A DNA stretch of 64,000 bases from NCBI GenBank assembly GCA_963818795.1, contig CAWFTK010000002.1:504298-568297 (forward strand), written 5' to 3'. Numbering within the stretch: the first letter of the stretch is position 1; each line of letters opens with the position of its first letter. Shown here in pieces: positions 17,878-26,864 of this stretch. The translations under genes were made by a program, and so were the position numbers. Below the pieces are notes generated by a model that worked only from the letters and a program-made list of their open reading frames with translations, had not been told where the DNA came from and ran no database searches. The stretch is from an uncultured Solirubrobacterales bacterium. Its GTDB lineage: Bacteria; Actinomycetota; Thermoleophilia; Solirubrobacterales; Solirubrobacteraceae.

Positions 17878-19018
17878 GTGCCGTCGAAACCCAAACCACG
17901 GGGGGACGCCGTGAACACGCAGGACTCCGTCGGGCCGCGTCGCTTCGGCATACCGCCGAGGACCGCGGAGGAGCAGGTGCAGAAGTTCCACGCCTTCCAG
18001 TCCAACCAGAAATACGAGCCCCTGCCAAAACCGACGGGAGTTCCCCCCTATCGGCTCGCGACCGCCGCACTCGGCATCGCACCGGCGGGTGGCCAGCGCG
18101 TGTTCCATGTGACCGGCGACACCGGCGGCATCCTGGATCCCAATCCGCAGAAGCACGTTGCTGAGGCGATGGTCGAAGATCTCCAAGCACAGGTCGCCGG
18201 GCGAGCGCCGTCGTTCTTCTTCCACGTCGGGGACGTCGTGTACTTCTACGGCGACGAGAGCGAATACGGGCCGCAGTTCTATGAACCCTACGCGCACTAC
18301 AACGCCGCGATCGTCGCGATTCCGGGAAACCACGACGGCGATAACTCCGACAACGCGAGCGTGCCGTCACTCACGGGCTTCGTGGAGAACTTCTGCGCGC
18401 CCACGCCGCATCTGGACTCACAGGCGGGGGAGACCAACCGCGACACGATGACCCAGCCGAACGTCTACTGGACGCTCACCGACGATTCTCGTAAGCCTCG
18501 TCGGGCTCTACACCAACGTGCCCGAGGGCGGTCAGGTCCATCAGGAACAGATCGAATGGCTGGTAGGCGAGCTCGAGGCTGCGCCGGTCGATCGCGCGCT
18601 GATCCTCGCCCTGCATCATCCGCCCTACTCAGCCGACTCGCACCACGGTGGATCGGCCCGCATGGGCGCGCTGCTCGACGAAGCCTTTCAGCACTCCAGT
18701 CGGGTGCCCGAGATGGTGCTCTCCGGCCACGTTCACAACTACCAGCGCTTCACGCGCACGATCGCGGGCAAGCGGGTTCCCTACATCGTCGCGGGCGCCG
18801 GCGGCTACCACAACCTTCACAAGATGGCCAAGGCCTCCGGCGGCGGAGCTTTGGAGCTGCCGTTCACGGCGAGCGCAGATTGTCAGCTGGAGGCCTTCTG
18901 CGATGACCAGTGGGGCTTCCTGCGGCTGTCGCTCACCCCCGGTCAAATCGCCGGCGAGTACATCGCCGTAGCCAAAGACGGCACGGTCACCCCTGGCAGG
19001 GACACCTTCACCACCTGA
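17878..19018 (+). pseudogene. calcineurin-like metallophosphoesterase split by a frameshift near 18480. Segments: 17878..about 18480 and about 18482..19018.
   Basis: The N-terminal part has VTGDTGG, HVGDVVYFYG and IPGNHD motifs. The second frame continues LVGLYTNVPEGG...LHHPPYS...SGHVHNYQR. Confidence 0.75.
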
Positions 19019-19102
19019 GCCCGATTAACAGCACCACCGGCTTCGCATCGTCGGCATCGCAGCCACCACCGTCCAGATCCAGACCACAGTTAGGAGCGAG
19101 CA

Positions 19103-20692
19103 ATGGCATCGACGGATCGCATCTCCATACCGGGCAGCAAGCGAGAGTTCGCGACGACCCACCCGCGCGTCGACGAGGTCGACGAGCAGGAACGCGCGAC
19201 CGTCACCTTGTATCTGCGCGATCGCGCGTCACTCGAAGACGGCGCCGCACAGGAGCTCCAGTCAGCGGCCGAGGGTGGCCGCGTGACCCGCGAGCAGTGG
19301 GCCGAGACGCACGGCGCGAGCGAGGAGGACATCGCGGCCGTGCGCGCGTTCGCCGCCGAGCACGGGCTCACCGTCGAGGAGGAGAGCGCCGCGCGCCGTG
19401 CGCTGCGACTCAGCGGGACACTTGGGGGGATCGCCGGCGCGTTCGGTGTCCAGGAGATGGCGCTGTTCAAGCACCCCGACGGCACGACCTATCGCGCTCG
19501 ACAGGGTGAGCTCAGCGTGCCCGCGCAGTTGGCGGGGATCATCGTCGGTGTGTTCGGGATCGACAATCGCCCGCAGGCGCGCGCGCACCTGCGCAAGGCA
19601 GCACACGCCGGCCAGGGCACCTCCTACACGCCGCCGCAGGTTGCCCAGGCCTACGGTTTCCCAACGGAAGTCACCGGCGCGGGGGAGACGATCGCAATCG
19701 TCGAGCTCGGCGGCGGATACAGCGCGAGCGATCTCTCCACCTACTTCGAGAACCTCGGCGTCCAGCTGCCGAGCGTCACGACGCAGAGCGTCGACGGCGG
19801 GAGCAACTCACCGGGTGGCGAAGCGGACGTCGAGGTGATGCTCGACATCGAGGTCGCCGGCGCCGTCGCGCCCGGTGCCGCGATCGTCGTCTACTTCACG
19901 CCCAACACCGACGCCGGCTTCATCGACGCGGTCTCCCAGGCCGTGCACGACACCACCAACAGGCCGTCCGTCGTCTCGATCAGCTGGGGCGGACCGGAGG
20001 ACTCCTGGACCCAGCAGGCGCGCGAACAGATGGAGCAGATCCTCACCGAGGCCGCGGAACTACACGTAACGGTTACCGTCGCCGCCGGCGACAACGGATC
20101 CACCGATGGCGTCCAAGACGGCCATCAGCACGTCGACTTTCCCGCCTCCGCGCCCCACGCCCTTGCCTGCGGCGGCACGTCGCTCGTCGCGCAAGGCGCC
20201 CAGATCAGCAGCGAGACGGTCTGGAACGACCGGTCCGGCGGAGGGGCGACGGGCGGTGGCGTGAGCATCGAGTTCCCCCTTCCGAGCTACCAGGCAAACG
20301 CGAACGTTCCGGCGAACTTCGACACCAAAGCCACGGGGCGCGGTGTGCCGGACATCGCCGGCAACGCCGACCCGGAGACCGGCTATCAGATCCTCGCCCA
20401 CGGGACCGCGCAGACGGTCGGCGGGACGAGCGCCGTCGCGCCCCTGTGGGCTGGGCTCGTCGCGCTGCTCAACCAGTCGCTGCGCGCGCCGGTCGGGTTC
20501 CTGCAGCCACAGCTGTACACGATGCCAACCGGCACGTTGAACGACATCACCAAAAAAGACAACGGCGCTTACCACGCGGGACCGGGGTGGGACGCTTGCA
20601 CGGGTCTCGGCTCACCGAACGGTGGCACGCTCCTGCAGGCGCTCAAAGCTTCGGTCGCGGCCCCGGCTACGCCGGTGGCCTCCACGAGCTAA
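19103..20692 (+). CDS. S53 (sedolisin/kumamolisin-type) serine-carboxyl peptidase with a pro-domain
   Basis: Pro-kumamolisin-like N-terminus, YTPPQVAQAYGFP, EADVEVMLDIE, ISWGG, AAGDNGS and GGTSAVAPLWAGL. SD TAGGAG lies before the ATG at 19103. Confidence 0.9.
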   Translation: MASTDRISIPGSKREFATTHPRVDEVDEQERATVTLYLRDRASLEDGAAQELQSAAEGGRVTREQWAETHGASEEDIAAVRAFAAEHGLTVEEESAARRALRLSGTLGGIAGAFGVQEMALFKHPDGTTYRARQGELSVPAQLAGIIVGVFGIDNRPQARAHLRKAAHAGQGTSYTPPQVAQAYGFPTEVTGAGETIAIVELGGGYSASDLSTYFENLGVQLPSVTTQSVDGGSNSPGGEADVEVMLDIEVAGAVAPGAAIVVYFTPNTDAGFIDAVSQAVHDTTNRPSVVSISWGGPEDSWTQQAREQMEQILTEAAELHVTVTVAAGDNGSTDGVQDGHQHVDFPASAPHALACGGTSLVAQGAQISSETVWNDRSGGGATGGGVSIEFPLPSYQANANVPANFDTKATGRGVPDIAGNADPETGYQILAHGTAQTVGGTSAVAPLWAGLVALLNQSLRAPVGFLQPQLYTMPTGTLNDITKKDNGAYHAGPGWDACTGLGSPNGGTLLQALKASVAAPATPVASTS

Positions 20693-20769
20693 AGGGTTGC
20701 ACCAGCCGTGCGCGAGCTCGCGGCGTCCGCCCTGAAAACCCGCCGCGGGGGGCGCTAGATTCGAGCGAA

Positions 20770-21867
20770 GTGCCCGACGCATCGTCCCAGCTGACCACCG
20801 CGCACCTCGACGCGGACGCCTTCTATGTCTCGATCGAGCTCGGCCGCCGCCCGCAGCTGCGCGGCCTGCCGGTGGTGGTTGCCGGCACGGGGCCGCGCGC
20901 GGTCGTGACGACCGCGAGCTACGAGGCGCGGCGCTTCGGCGTGGGCTCGGCGATGCCCGCCGCGCGCGCGCGGCGGCTGTGCCCGCAAGCGGTGTTCCTG
21001 CCGCCGGACTTCTCGACGTACCGGGAAGTTTCCGCGCGAGTGATGGGGATCGTGCGCGCGCAGGTCGAACAGGTCGAGGTCGTGGGCCTTGACGAGGCCT
21101 ACCTGGACATCGCCGGCCTCTACTCGCCGCGCGCGGCGATGCGGCGGTTGCTCGCGGAGATCAAGTCGCAGACCGGCCTGACGTGCTCGGTGGGCATCGG
21201 CCCGAACAAGCTCGTTGCAAAGGTCGCCTCCGACGCGGAGAAGCCCGCAGGCTTCGTGGTGCTCACTCGCGAGCAGGCGTGCGCGCGCTTCGCGCAGTCA
21301 CCGCCGGGGCTCGTGCCGGGTATCGGGCCGAAGACCGCCGCGCGCCTGGCCGCGTTGGGACTCAACACCCTGGGCGCCCTCGCAGTCGCGCCCGAGCAGC
21401 TGCTGGTGGAGCACTTCGGGCCGAACCTTGGCCGCGAGCTGCGCCGCCGCGCGCGCTTCGAACACGACGGCGCGGTCAGCGCCGCGCGCAAGGTCGTCTC
21501 CGAGTCCCGCGAGCGGACCTTCGACGAGGACGTGCGCGACCCCGCGCGGCTGCGCGACGAGCTGGCGCGCATGTCGCGCGAGCTCTGCGCGAGCCTCGCC
21601 GCGCACGAGCGCGCGGGGCGCACGATCGGGATCAAGGTGCGCCTGAACGACTTCACGACGGCGACCCGCGCGCACACTCTCCCCGAAGCCACGCGCGACA
21701 CCGAGCTCGTCAATGCCGTGGCGCAGCGGCTACTGAGCGAGTACGCGCCCGCGCGGCCCGTGCGGCTGCTGGGGGTACGCGTCGCGGGGCTCTCGGCCGG
21801 CGCGGAGCGCGTCGCCCCCACCGCGGAGCAGCGACCGGCCGAGAACCAGCTGGCGTTCCCGGTGTAG
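20770..21867 (+). CDS. dinB: DNA polymerase IV (Y-family)
   Basis: HLDADAFYVSIE, VVVAG, SYEARRFGV, DEAYLDI, SVGIGPNKLVAKVAS and GIGPKT motifs. The start is probably the GTG at 20770; the upstream track extension overlaps the peptidase. Confidence 0.9.
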   Translation: MPDASSQLTTAHLDADAFYVSIELGRRPQLRGLPVVVAGTGPRAVVTTASYEARRFGVGSAMPAARARRLCPQAVFLPPDFSTYREVSARVMGIVRAQVEQVEVVGLDEAYLDIAGLYSPRAAMRRLLAEIKSQTGLTCSVGIGPNKLVAKVASDAEKPAGFVVLTREQACARFAQSPPGLVPGIGPKTAARLAALGLNTLGALAVAPEQLLVEHFGPNLGRELRRRARFEHDGAVSAARKVVSESRERTFDEDVRDPARLRDELARMSRELCASLAAHERAGRTIGIKVRLNDFTTATRAHTLPEATRDTELVNAVAQRLLSEYAPARPVRLLGVRVAGLSAGAERVAPTAEQRPAENQLAFPV

Positions 21868-22184
21868 GGGTGAGGGGATCCTCCGCGCGGGCCGGTGCGG
21901 CGCCAGGGCCATAGGCGCGGGCCTCCGTGCCCCGCGACGACGCGCGGGTGCTGCTCGGCGCGACTGCCGCGCGCGCGGACGCACGGTTGCGGTCGGGCAC
22001 GGTGGACCCATCGTGCCCCGCTCCGCAGGTCATGACCGTTGAACCGAATTTTTCGAACTTTCGTGCGCAGGTACAAGCGCGGTCGCGGGGCATGGATGCT
22101 CCGCGCCCACCCCGCGCCGAGCCCGAGCCGGCCCGCGCGGACGATCCCCAAGTGGAAAGGGAAAAAGGGTAGGATCGAGCGAGC

Positions 22185-22991
22185 ATGCCCGTGATCGACA
22201 CCGGTGAGGTTTCGCTCTCTTATGAGCGCAGTGGCTCCGGGCCGCCGCTGCTGCTGATCATGGGGATGAGCGGCACCTTCTCGCACTGGGCCGAGCCGTT
22301 CCTCGAGGGTCTGCGCTCCAGCTTCGAGGTGATCGTCTACGACCATCGCGGTATCGGCGAGAGCGGCCCGCTGGAGGGCGAGCTGACGATCGCGCAGCTC
22401 GCGCAAGATGCCGCCGGCTTGCTCGCGGCGCTCCAGGTCGATACCGCGCATGTGCTCGGCATCTCGATGGGCGGCATGGTCGCGCAGGAGCTCGTGCTCG
22501 CGCACCCCGAGCGCATTCGCACACTCGCGCTCGGCTGCACCTACTGCGGCGGCCCCGGCAGCTCGCTGACGAGCCCCGAGGTCATCCAACGGCTGGTCGA
22601 GGGCATGTCCTCCGGCGATCGCGCGCTCGCCGTGCGCACCGCCTGGGAGGTGAATGTCTCGGCCGCTTACGACTCCGCCCACGCGGAGGCGTTTGAGGTG
22701 TTCAACGCGATCGGCATGCGGCGCGCCGTTCCCGTGCCCGTGATCATGGCCCAGATGCAGGCCTGCGTCGCGCATGACACCAGTGACCGCCTGGCGCAGC
22801 TCGCGATGCCGACGCTGATTGTGCACGGCACCGCCGACCAGGTTATCCCCGCCGCGAACGCCGAGATCATGCATCGGTTGATTCCCGGCTCGCACTTGGA
22901 GATCCTCGACGGCGTCGGGCACCTGTTTTTCTGGGAGCAGCCCGAGCACTCCGCCGAACTGGTCCGGGATCACGCCGCCGTCGGTGTCTGA
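22185..22991 (+). CDS. alpha/beta hydrolase
   Basis: LLLIMG, YDHRGIGES, nucleophile elbow GISMGG, C-terminal GVGHL. Confidence 0.85.
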   Translation: MPVIDTGEVSLSYERSGSGPPLLLIMGMSGTFSHWAEPFLEGLRSSFEVIVYDHRGIGESGPLEGELTIAQLAQDAAGLLAALQVDTAHVLGISMGGMVAQELVLAHPERIRTLALGCTYCGGPGSSLTSPEVIQRLVEGMSSGDRALAVRTAWEVNVSAAYDSAHAEAFEVFNAIGMRRAVPVPVIMAQMQACVAHDTSDRLAQLAMPTLIVHGTADQVIPAANAEIMHRLIPGSHLEILDGVGHLFFWEQPEHSAELVRDHAAVGV

Positions 22992-23928
22992 CGGCGCGTC
23001 GGTGGGTGTGTCCGAGCAGGCGCCGCTGAGGGTGTCCGAGGAGGGCCCCGCCACGCGCGCGCGCGCGCCCGTCCGCGCGCGCCCGGCGGAGGGCGCGCTG
23101 AACATCGCGACACCCGACGGGGTGATGCTGTCCGGTGAGAAGGCCGGGGAGGGATCGCACCCGATCGTGCTGCTGCACGGCCTCACCGCGACGCGTCGCT
23201 ACGTCGTGATGGGCTCGCGGCTGCTCGAGCGCTCCGGCTATCGCGTCATCGCCTACGACGCCCGCGGTCACGGGCAGTCCAGCCCCGCCCCCGATCCCGC
23301 CGCCTACGACTACGAGCAGCTCGCCCGCGACCTCGAAGCGGTGCTCGACGGGTTGGGGATCGAGCGCGCCGCGCTCGCCGGCGCCTCGATGGGCGCGCAC
23401 ACGATTCTGCGCTTCGCGCTGCAGCGGCCCGAGCGCGTCGCCGCGCTGGGGATCATCACGCCCGCCTTCGATCCCGACGCCGCACCCGGGGCCGGTCCCG
23501 AAGGCGACCGCGCCGCGCTCGCGCGCGGGCTGCGCGCGGATGGGGTGGACGGGTTCCTCGCGGCCTACGACTTCTCCGCCGTGCCGCCCGCCTGGCGCGA
23601 GACCGTCGAGCGCGTCGTCTCGCAGCGGCTCGCCGCGCACGCGCACCCCGGTGCCGTTGCCGACACGCTGGAAGTCGTGTCGCGCTCGCGGCCGTTCGAG
23701 AGCTTGGAGGAGCTCGCTCGCATCTCCGCTCCGACGGTCGTCGTGGCGAGTCGCGACGAGGTCGATCCCGGTCATCCCCTCGCGCTCGCCGAAAGCTACG
23801 CCGCGGCGATCCCCGCAGCGACGCTCACCGTCGAGGACGGCGGGCCACCCACGAAGTCGCCGCTTGCGTGGCAGGGGGGGCAGCTTTCAAAGGTGCTGGT
23901 CGAGTTGCTCGCTCGCGCTCGCTGGTAG
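22984..23928 (+). CDS. alpha/beta hydrolase
   Basis: VLLHGL, YDARGHGQS and GASMGA elbow. The GTG start overlaps the previous stop by 8 nt. Confidence 0.8.
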   Translation: MSDGASVGVSEQAPLRVSEEGPATRARAPVRARPAEGALNIATPDGVMLSGEKAGEGSHPIVLLHGLTATRRYVVMGSRLLERSGYRVIAYDARGHGQSSPAPDPAAYDYEQLARDLEAVLDGLGIERAALAGASMGAHTILRFALQRPERVAALGIITPAFDPDAAPGAGPEGDRAALARGLRADGVDGFLAAYDFSAVPPAWRETVERVVSQRLAAHAHPGAVADTLEVVSRSRPFESLEELARISAPTVVVASRDEVDPGHPLALAESYAAAIPAATLTVEDGGPPTKSPLAWQGGQLSKVLVELLARARW

Positions 23929-23981
23929 AGCTAGGCGCGGCGGCCCGCGCAGGGCGCGTGTCTCGGGGATGATTTCGCCGG

Positions 23982-24062
23982 CCCCGCCGCGCGCGTGCGC
24001 CCGTGCATGCGTGCCTGCGCCCGCGCGTGCGTGCCCGTGCCCGCGTGCGTGCCTGCGGCAGG
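23982..24062. repeat. degenerate copy of the CCCCGCCGCGCGCG element, followed by about 3 imperfect tandem units of about 18 nt (YGCRTGCGTGCCYGYGCC). It forms an alternating purine-pyrimidine-rich tract.
   Basis: The left arm at 23982-23995 is identical to the left arm at 36056-36069, but no matching right arm is present. Units CGCGTGCGTGCCCGTGCC / CGCGTGCGTGCCTGCGGC are directly visible at 24024-24059. Confidence 0.55.
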
Positions 24063-24117
24063 CAACCATCGCAGCCGCAGTCACGCCTGCCCTTTGTGCG
24101 TGATAACGTACGGGCGT

Positions 24118-24870
24118 ATGCCAGAGGTGCGCCAGTGGGACGGACAGACCTACGACCGGATATCCGGCCCGATGGAGGCGCTCGGCCTGGCCGTCCTCGA
24201 CCGTCTCTCGCTGCAGGGCGATGAGACCGTGCTCGACGCCGGCTGCGGCTCCGGGCGGATCACCGCCGCGCTGATCGAGCGCCTGCCGCGCGGGCGCGTC
24301 ATCGCGATCGACGCCTCCGCCTCGATGGTCGCCGCCGCACGCGAGCGGCTCGGTCCCGACGTCGACATCCGCCAAGCCGACCTGCTCGAGCTGGAGCTCG
24401 ACACGCCCCTCGACGCGATCCTCTCCACGGCGACCTTCCACTGGATCGCCGATCACGAGCGACTGCTCGCGCGCCTGCACGCCGCGCTGCGCCCCGGCGG
24501 GCGGCTGCTCGCGCAGTGCGGGGGAGAGGGCAACATCGATGTGCTGCGCGGCGTCGCCAACGAAGTGCTCGCACGCGGACCCTACGCCGCGCACTTCCGC
24601 GACTGGCGCCCGCCGTGGCACTACGCCGCGCCCGCCGCCACACGCGAGCGTCTGCTCGCCGCTGGCTTCACCGCGGCCGAGTGCCGGCTACAGCCCGCGC
24701 CGCAGCAGCCCGAGCACCCGCGCGAGTTTCTCGCCACGATTGTGCTCGGGCCGCACGTGCAGAAGCTGCCCGCCGAGCTGCGCGAGCCGTTCATGGACGC
24801 CGTGCTCGCCGAGCTGGGGGAGCCCGTCGTCGTCGACTACGTGCGCCTCAATATCGACGCCGTCGCGTAG
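24118..24870 (+). CDS. class I SAM-dependent methyltransferase (trans-aconitate methyltransferase-like)
   Basis: SAM motif I VLDAGCGSGRIT, then VIAIDAS and ATFHWI. ATG at 24118 (MPEVRQWDG). Confidence 0.85.
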   Translation: MPEVRQWDGQTYDRISGPMEALGLAVLDRLSLQGDETVLDAGCGSGRITAALIERLPRGRVIAIDASASMVAAARERLGPDVDIRQADLLELELDTPLDAILSTATFHWIADHERLLARLHAALRPGGRLLAQCGGEGNIDVLRGVANEVLARGPYAAHFRDWRPPWHYAAPAATRERLLAAGFTAAECRLQPAPQQPEHPREFLATIVLGPHVQKLPAELREPFMDAVLAELGEPVVVDYVRLNIDAVA

Positions 24871-24900
24871 CGCGGGCGTCCAGTTGCGCGCGTCGGTCGC

Positions 24901-25782
24901 TCAGTCCGGGCGCCGGTTCTCCCACACCGTCGCGTTCAGGAACGCCGACGCCACGATCAGCCGGCCGAGGAGATAGAGCCAGAACAGCAACACCAGTGCG
25001 ATCCCCAGCGCTCCATAGGAGGCCGAGACGCGTTCCGCCTTGTGCGAGATGTAGAGCACCGTCGCCAGGTGGATGCCCTCCATGCCAACCGCCACCAGCG
25101 CCGCCCCCGGGATGAATGCCCGCCACGAGAGACCCGGCGGGTGCGGGAGCATCATCGAGACCGCCAGCCACAGCGCGAAGAAGCCGCCGATCAGCGCGAT
25201 GGTGAGCGGAATTCCCGCCGGTCCCAAAGTCTTGCGCGCCCAGCCCCCAAGTGCCCACAGGCCGAAGAACACGATCGCCCAGCCGATGAACGCGAGCGTT
25301 GCCGCCGGCGTGCGCGGGAAGCGGCCCAGCGGCAGACCCCACGCCAGCGCGTGAATCGCGCGCAGCGCGCGCACCGCCGACAGCGAGGCCACGATCAGCG
25401 CGAAGAGGCCGAACGCGATCACGCTCAACCGGTCCCCGCCGGAGAGCCGCGCCGAGTCCGCGATCGTCGTCAGCGCCGCTTCACGCACCCCCAGCGTGTG
25501 CGCGATCGATGACGGCGCCTGCGCGTCTTCGCTCGTCGCGTAGCCCAGGATCGCGACCACCAGCAGCGCGAACGGGAGCAGCGGCACGAACAGCCGGAAC
25601 GCCAGCGCGCCCGCCAGCACGCTGCCGCCGCTGCGACTGTCGCGCTCGCCCGCGCCGAGCGCCACGTCGAGCGCCGGGATCCGCGGGCGCAGCTCGTTCA
25701 CGCGCTTGGTCGCCGCGTCCGCTCGCGCGCGCGCTTTGGTAGCTGCGGCCCGGCCGCTCTCGGTCAGGCTGCGATGCGACAC
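24901..25782 (-). CDS. YihY/BrkB family membrane protein
   Basis: LAGALAFRLFVPLLPFALL signature and about 6 TM helices. Confidence 0.8.
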   Translation of the reverse strand: MSHRSLTESGRAAATKARARADAATKRVNELRPRIPALDVALGAGERDSRSGGSVLAGALAFRLFVPLLPFALLVVAILGYATSEDAQAPSSIAHTLGVREAALTTIADSARLSGGDRLSVIAFGLFALIVASLSAVRALRAIHALAWGLPLGRFPRTPAATLAFIGWAIVFFGLWALGGWARKTLGPAGIPLTIALIGGFFALWLAVSMMLPHPPGLSWRAFIPGAALVAVGMEGIHLATVLYISHKAERVSASYGALGIALVLLFWLYLLGRLIVASAFLNATVWENRRPD

Positions 25783-25846
25783 CGGCGACTTCGCGTTGAT
25801 CGAATGATCTGTCCTCGTCGAAAATCTCGGCCTTGCGGCCGCGGCC

Positions 25847-26236
25847 TCAGGACGACTCGCCCAGATACTCCTTGATCGCGCGCGGCGGCGCGCGCGCGAG
25901 CCACGCCTCCGTCACGACCTCCTCGAGATCCTCCGGCGCGATGCGATCCAGGCGCACGAGGATCGCCGCGTAGCCCTCGAAGTGCGGCGTCGTGAAGAAG
26001 ACCCGCGGATCGTCCGCGATCAGCGCCTCCTTCGCGCCGACGTGCTCCACGCGCGCGCCCAGGATCGGGCCGTCGGGGGCGTCCGCGCCGAGAGCTGCGA
26101 TTTCTTTGGGGCGCAGCGGGCGCTCCCAGACGAACAGCTTGTCCTTCACCCGCCACTGGCGTTTCTCACGCGAGACGCGCTCGCTCGTCTCGGGTAGGGC
26201 GAGGGCCAGGCGGCGCACGTCGTCCCAGGTGGGCAT
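25847..26236 (-). CDS. MmcQ/YjbR family DNA-binding protein
   Basis: 129 aa: MPTWDDVRRLALALPETSE...FVWERP...FFTTPHFEGYAAILVRL, typical of YjbR. Confidence 0.75.
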   Translation of the reverse strand: MPTWDDVRRLALALPETSERVSREKRQWRVKDKLFVWERPLRPKEIAALGADAPDGPILGARVEHVGAKEALIADDPRVFFTTPHFEGYAAILVRLDRIAPEDLEEVVTEAWLARAPPRAIKEYLGESS

Positions 26237-26328
26237 GGGCTCAGGCTACCGGCAAGGTCGATTTAGTCGGCACGTAAAGCATGCGCTAGTACAGCCGAGT
26301 GACGCTACCAATCCGGTACCATAAGGGG

Positions 26329-26562
26329 ATGAGCAAGCAAATTGCCGTTCGCCTGCCAGACGATCTGGTGGACTTCGTGGATGACCTCGTCGAGGCCGGC
26401 GTGGGACGCAGCCGAGCCGGTGTCGTCACTCGCGCGCTCGAGCGCGAACGTCGCCGCGCCGTCGCGGCGCGCGATGTCGAGATCCTGGCCCGCACGGGTC
26501 CGGATCCCGAGCTTGCGGGGCTGGCCGAGTATGCCGCCGGTCGTCCTTCCTCACTCGCCTAA
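26329..26562 (+). CDS. mazE: ribbon-helix-helix antitoxin (MazE/CopG-like)
   Basis: MSKQIAVRLPDDLVDFVDDLV...RSRAGVVTRALE RHH fold. The stop overlaps the toxin start (TAATG). Confidence 0.7.
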   Translation: MSKQIAVRLPDDLVDFVDDLVEAGVGRSRAGVVTRALERERRRAVAARDVEILARTGPDPELAGLAEYAAGRPSSLA

Positions 26563-26861
26563 TGCGGCCGATCCACGTCGCTCGGCTCGACAAGGCTCGG
26601 CCGGTACTCGTTCTCACGCGCGAGCCCGTCCGCCCGCATTTGAACACCGTCACCGTCGCCCCGATCACGACAACCAGTCGCGGACTATCGACTGAGGTGC
26701 CTCTGGATACGGCGAATGGTCTCGCCGGTCCATCGGTGGTGAGCTGCGACAACATCACCACCGTCCCCGCGGACTCCCTCGGCGAGCAGGTCGGCGTCCT
26801 GCTCGATCGCCAAGAGCCTGCACTCAGCGAAGCGATTCAAGCCGCGTTCGATCTCGATTGA
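26562..26861 (+). CDS. mazF: type II toxin, MazF/PemK family endoribonuclease
   Basis: 99 aa: RPVLVLTRE...VTVAPITTT.RGL.TEVPL...SVVSCDNITTV, a PemK signature. Confidence 0.85.
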   Translation: MRPIHVARLDKARPVLVLTREPVRPHLNTVTVAPITTTSRGLSTEVPLDTANGLAGPSVVSCDNITTVPADSLGEQVGVLLDRQEPALSEAIQAAFDLD

Positions 26862-26864
26862 CTC

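Noticed and set aside
20693-20769. Looked for an actinobacterial LexA/SOS box (TCGAAC-N4-GTTCGA) upstream of dinB.
   Set aside because: No such dyad is present. Only the unrelated tagattcGAGCGAA is there. No claim is made about SOS control.
21120-23186. 688-aa ORF on the minus strand, the longest unexplained ORF in the track.
   Set aside because: It is extremely Arg/Ala/Pro/Gly-rich with no recognisable motif. It lies exactly antisense to dinB and the first alpha/beta hydrolase, both of which have clear family signatures. This is the typical open antisense frame of a 70% GC genome.
23982-24062. Could the repeated 18-nt units be a small CRISPR array?
   Set aside because: The units are contiguous with no spacers, are imperfect, number only about 3, and no cas genes are present.
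23995-24117. Cys-rich N-terminal extension of the methyltransferase ORF (MRPCMRACARACVPVPACVPAAG...).
   Set aside because: It is simply the translation of the GCGTGC-type tandem tract. The methyltransferase fold begins right after the ATG at 24118.
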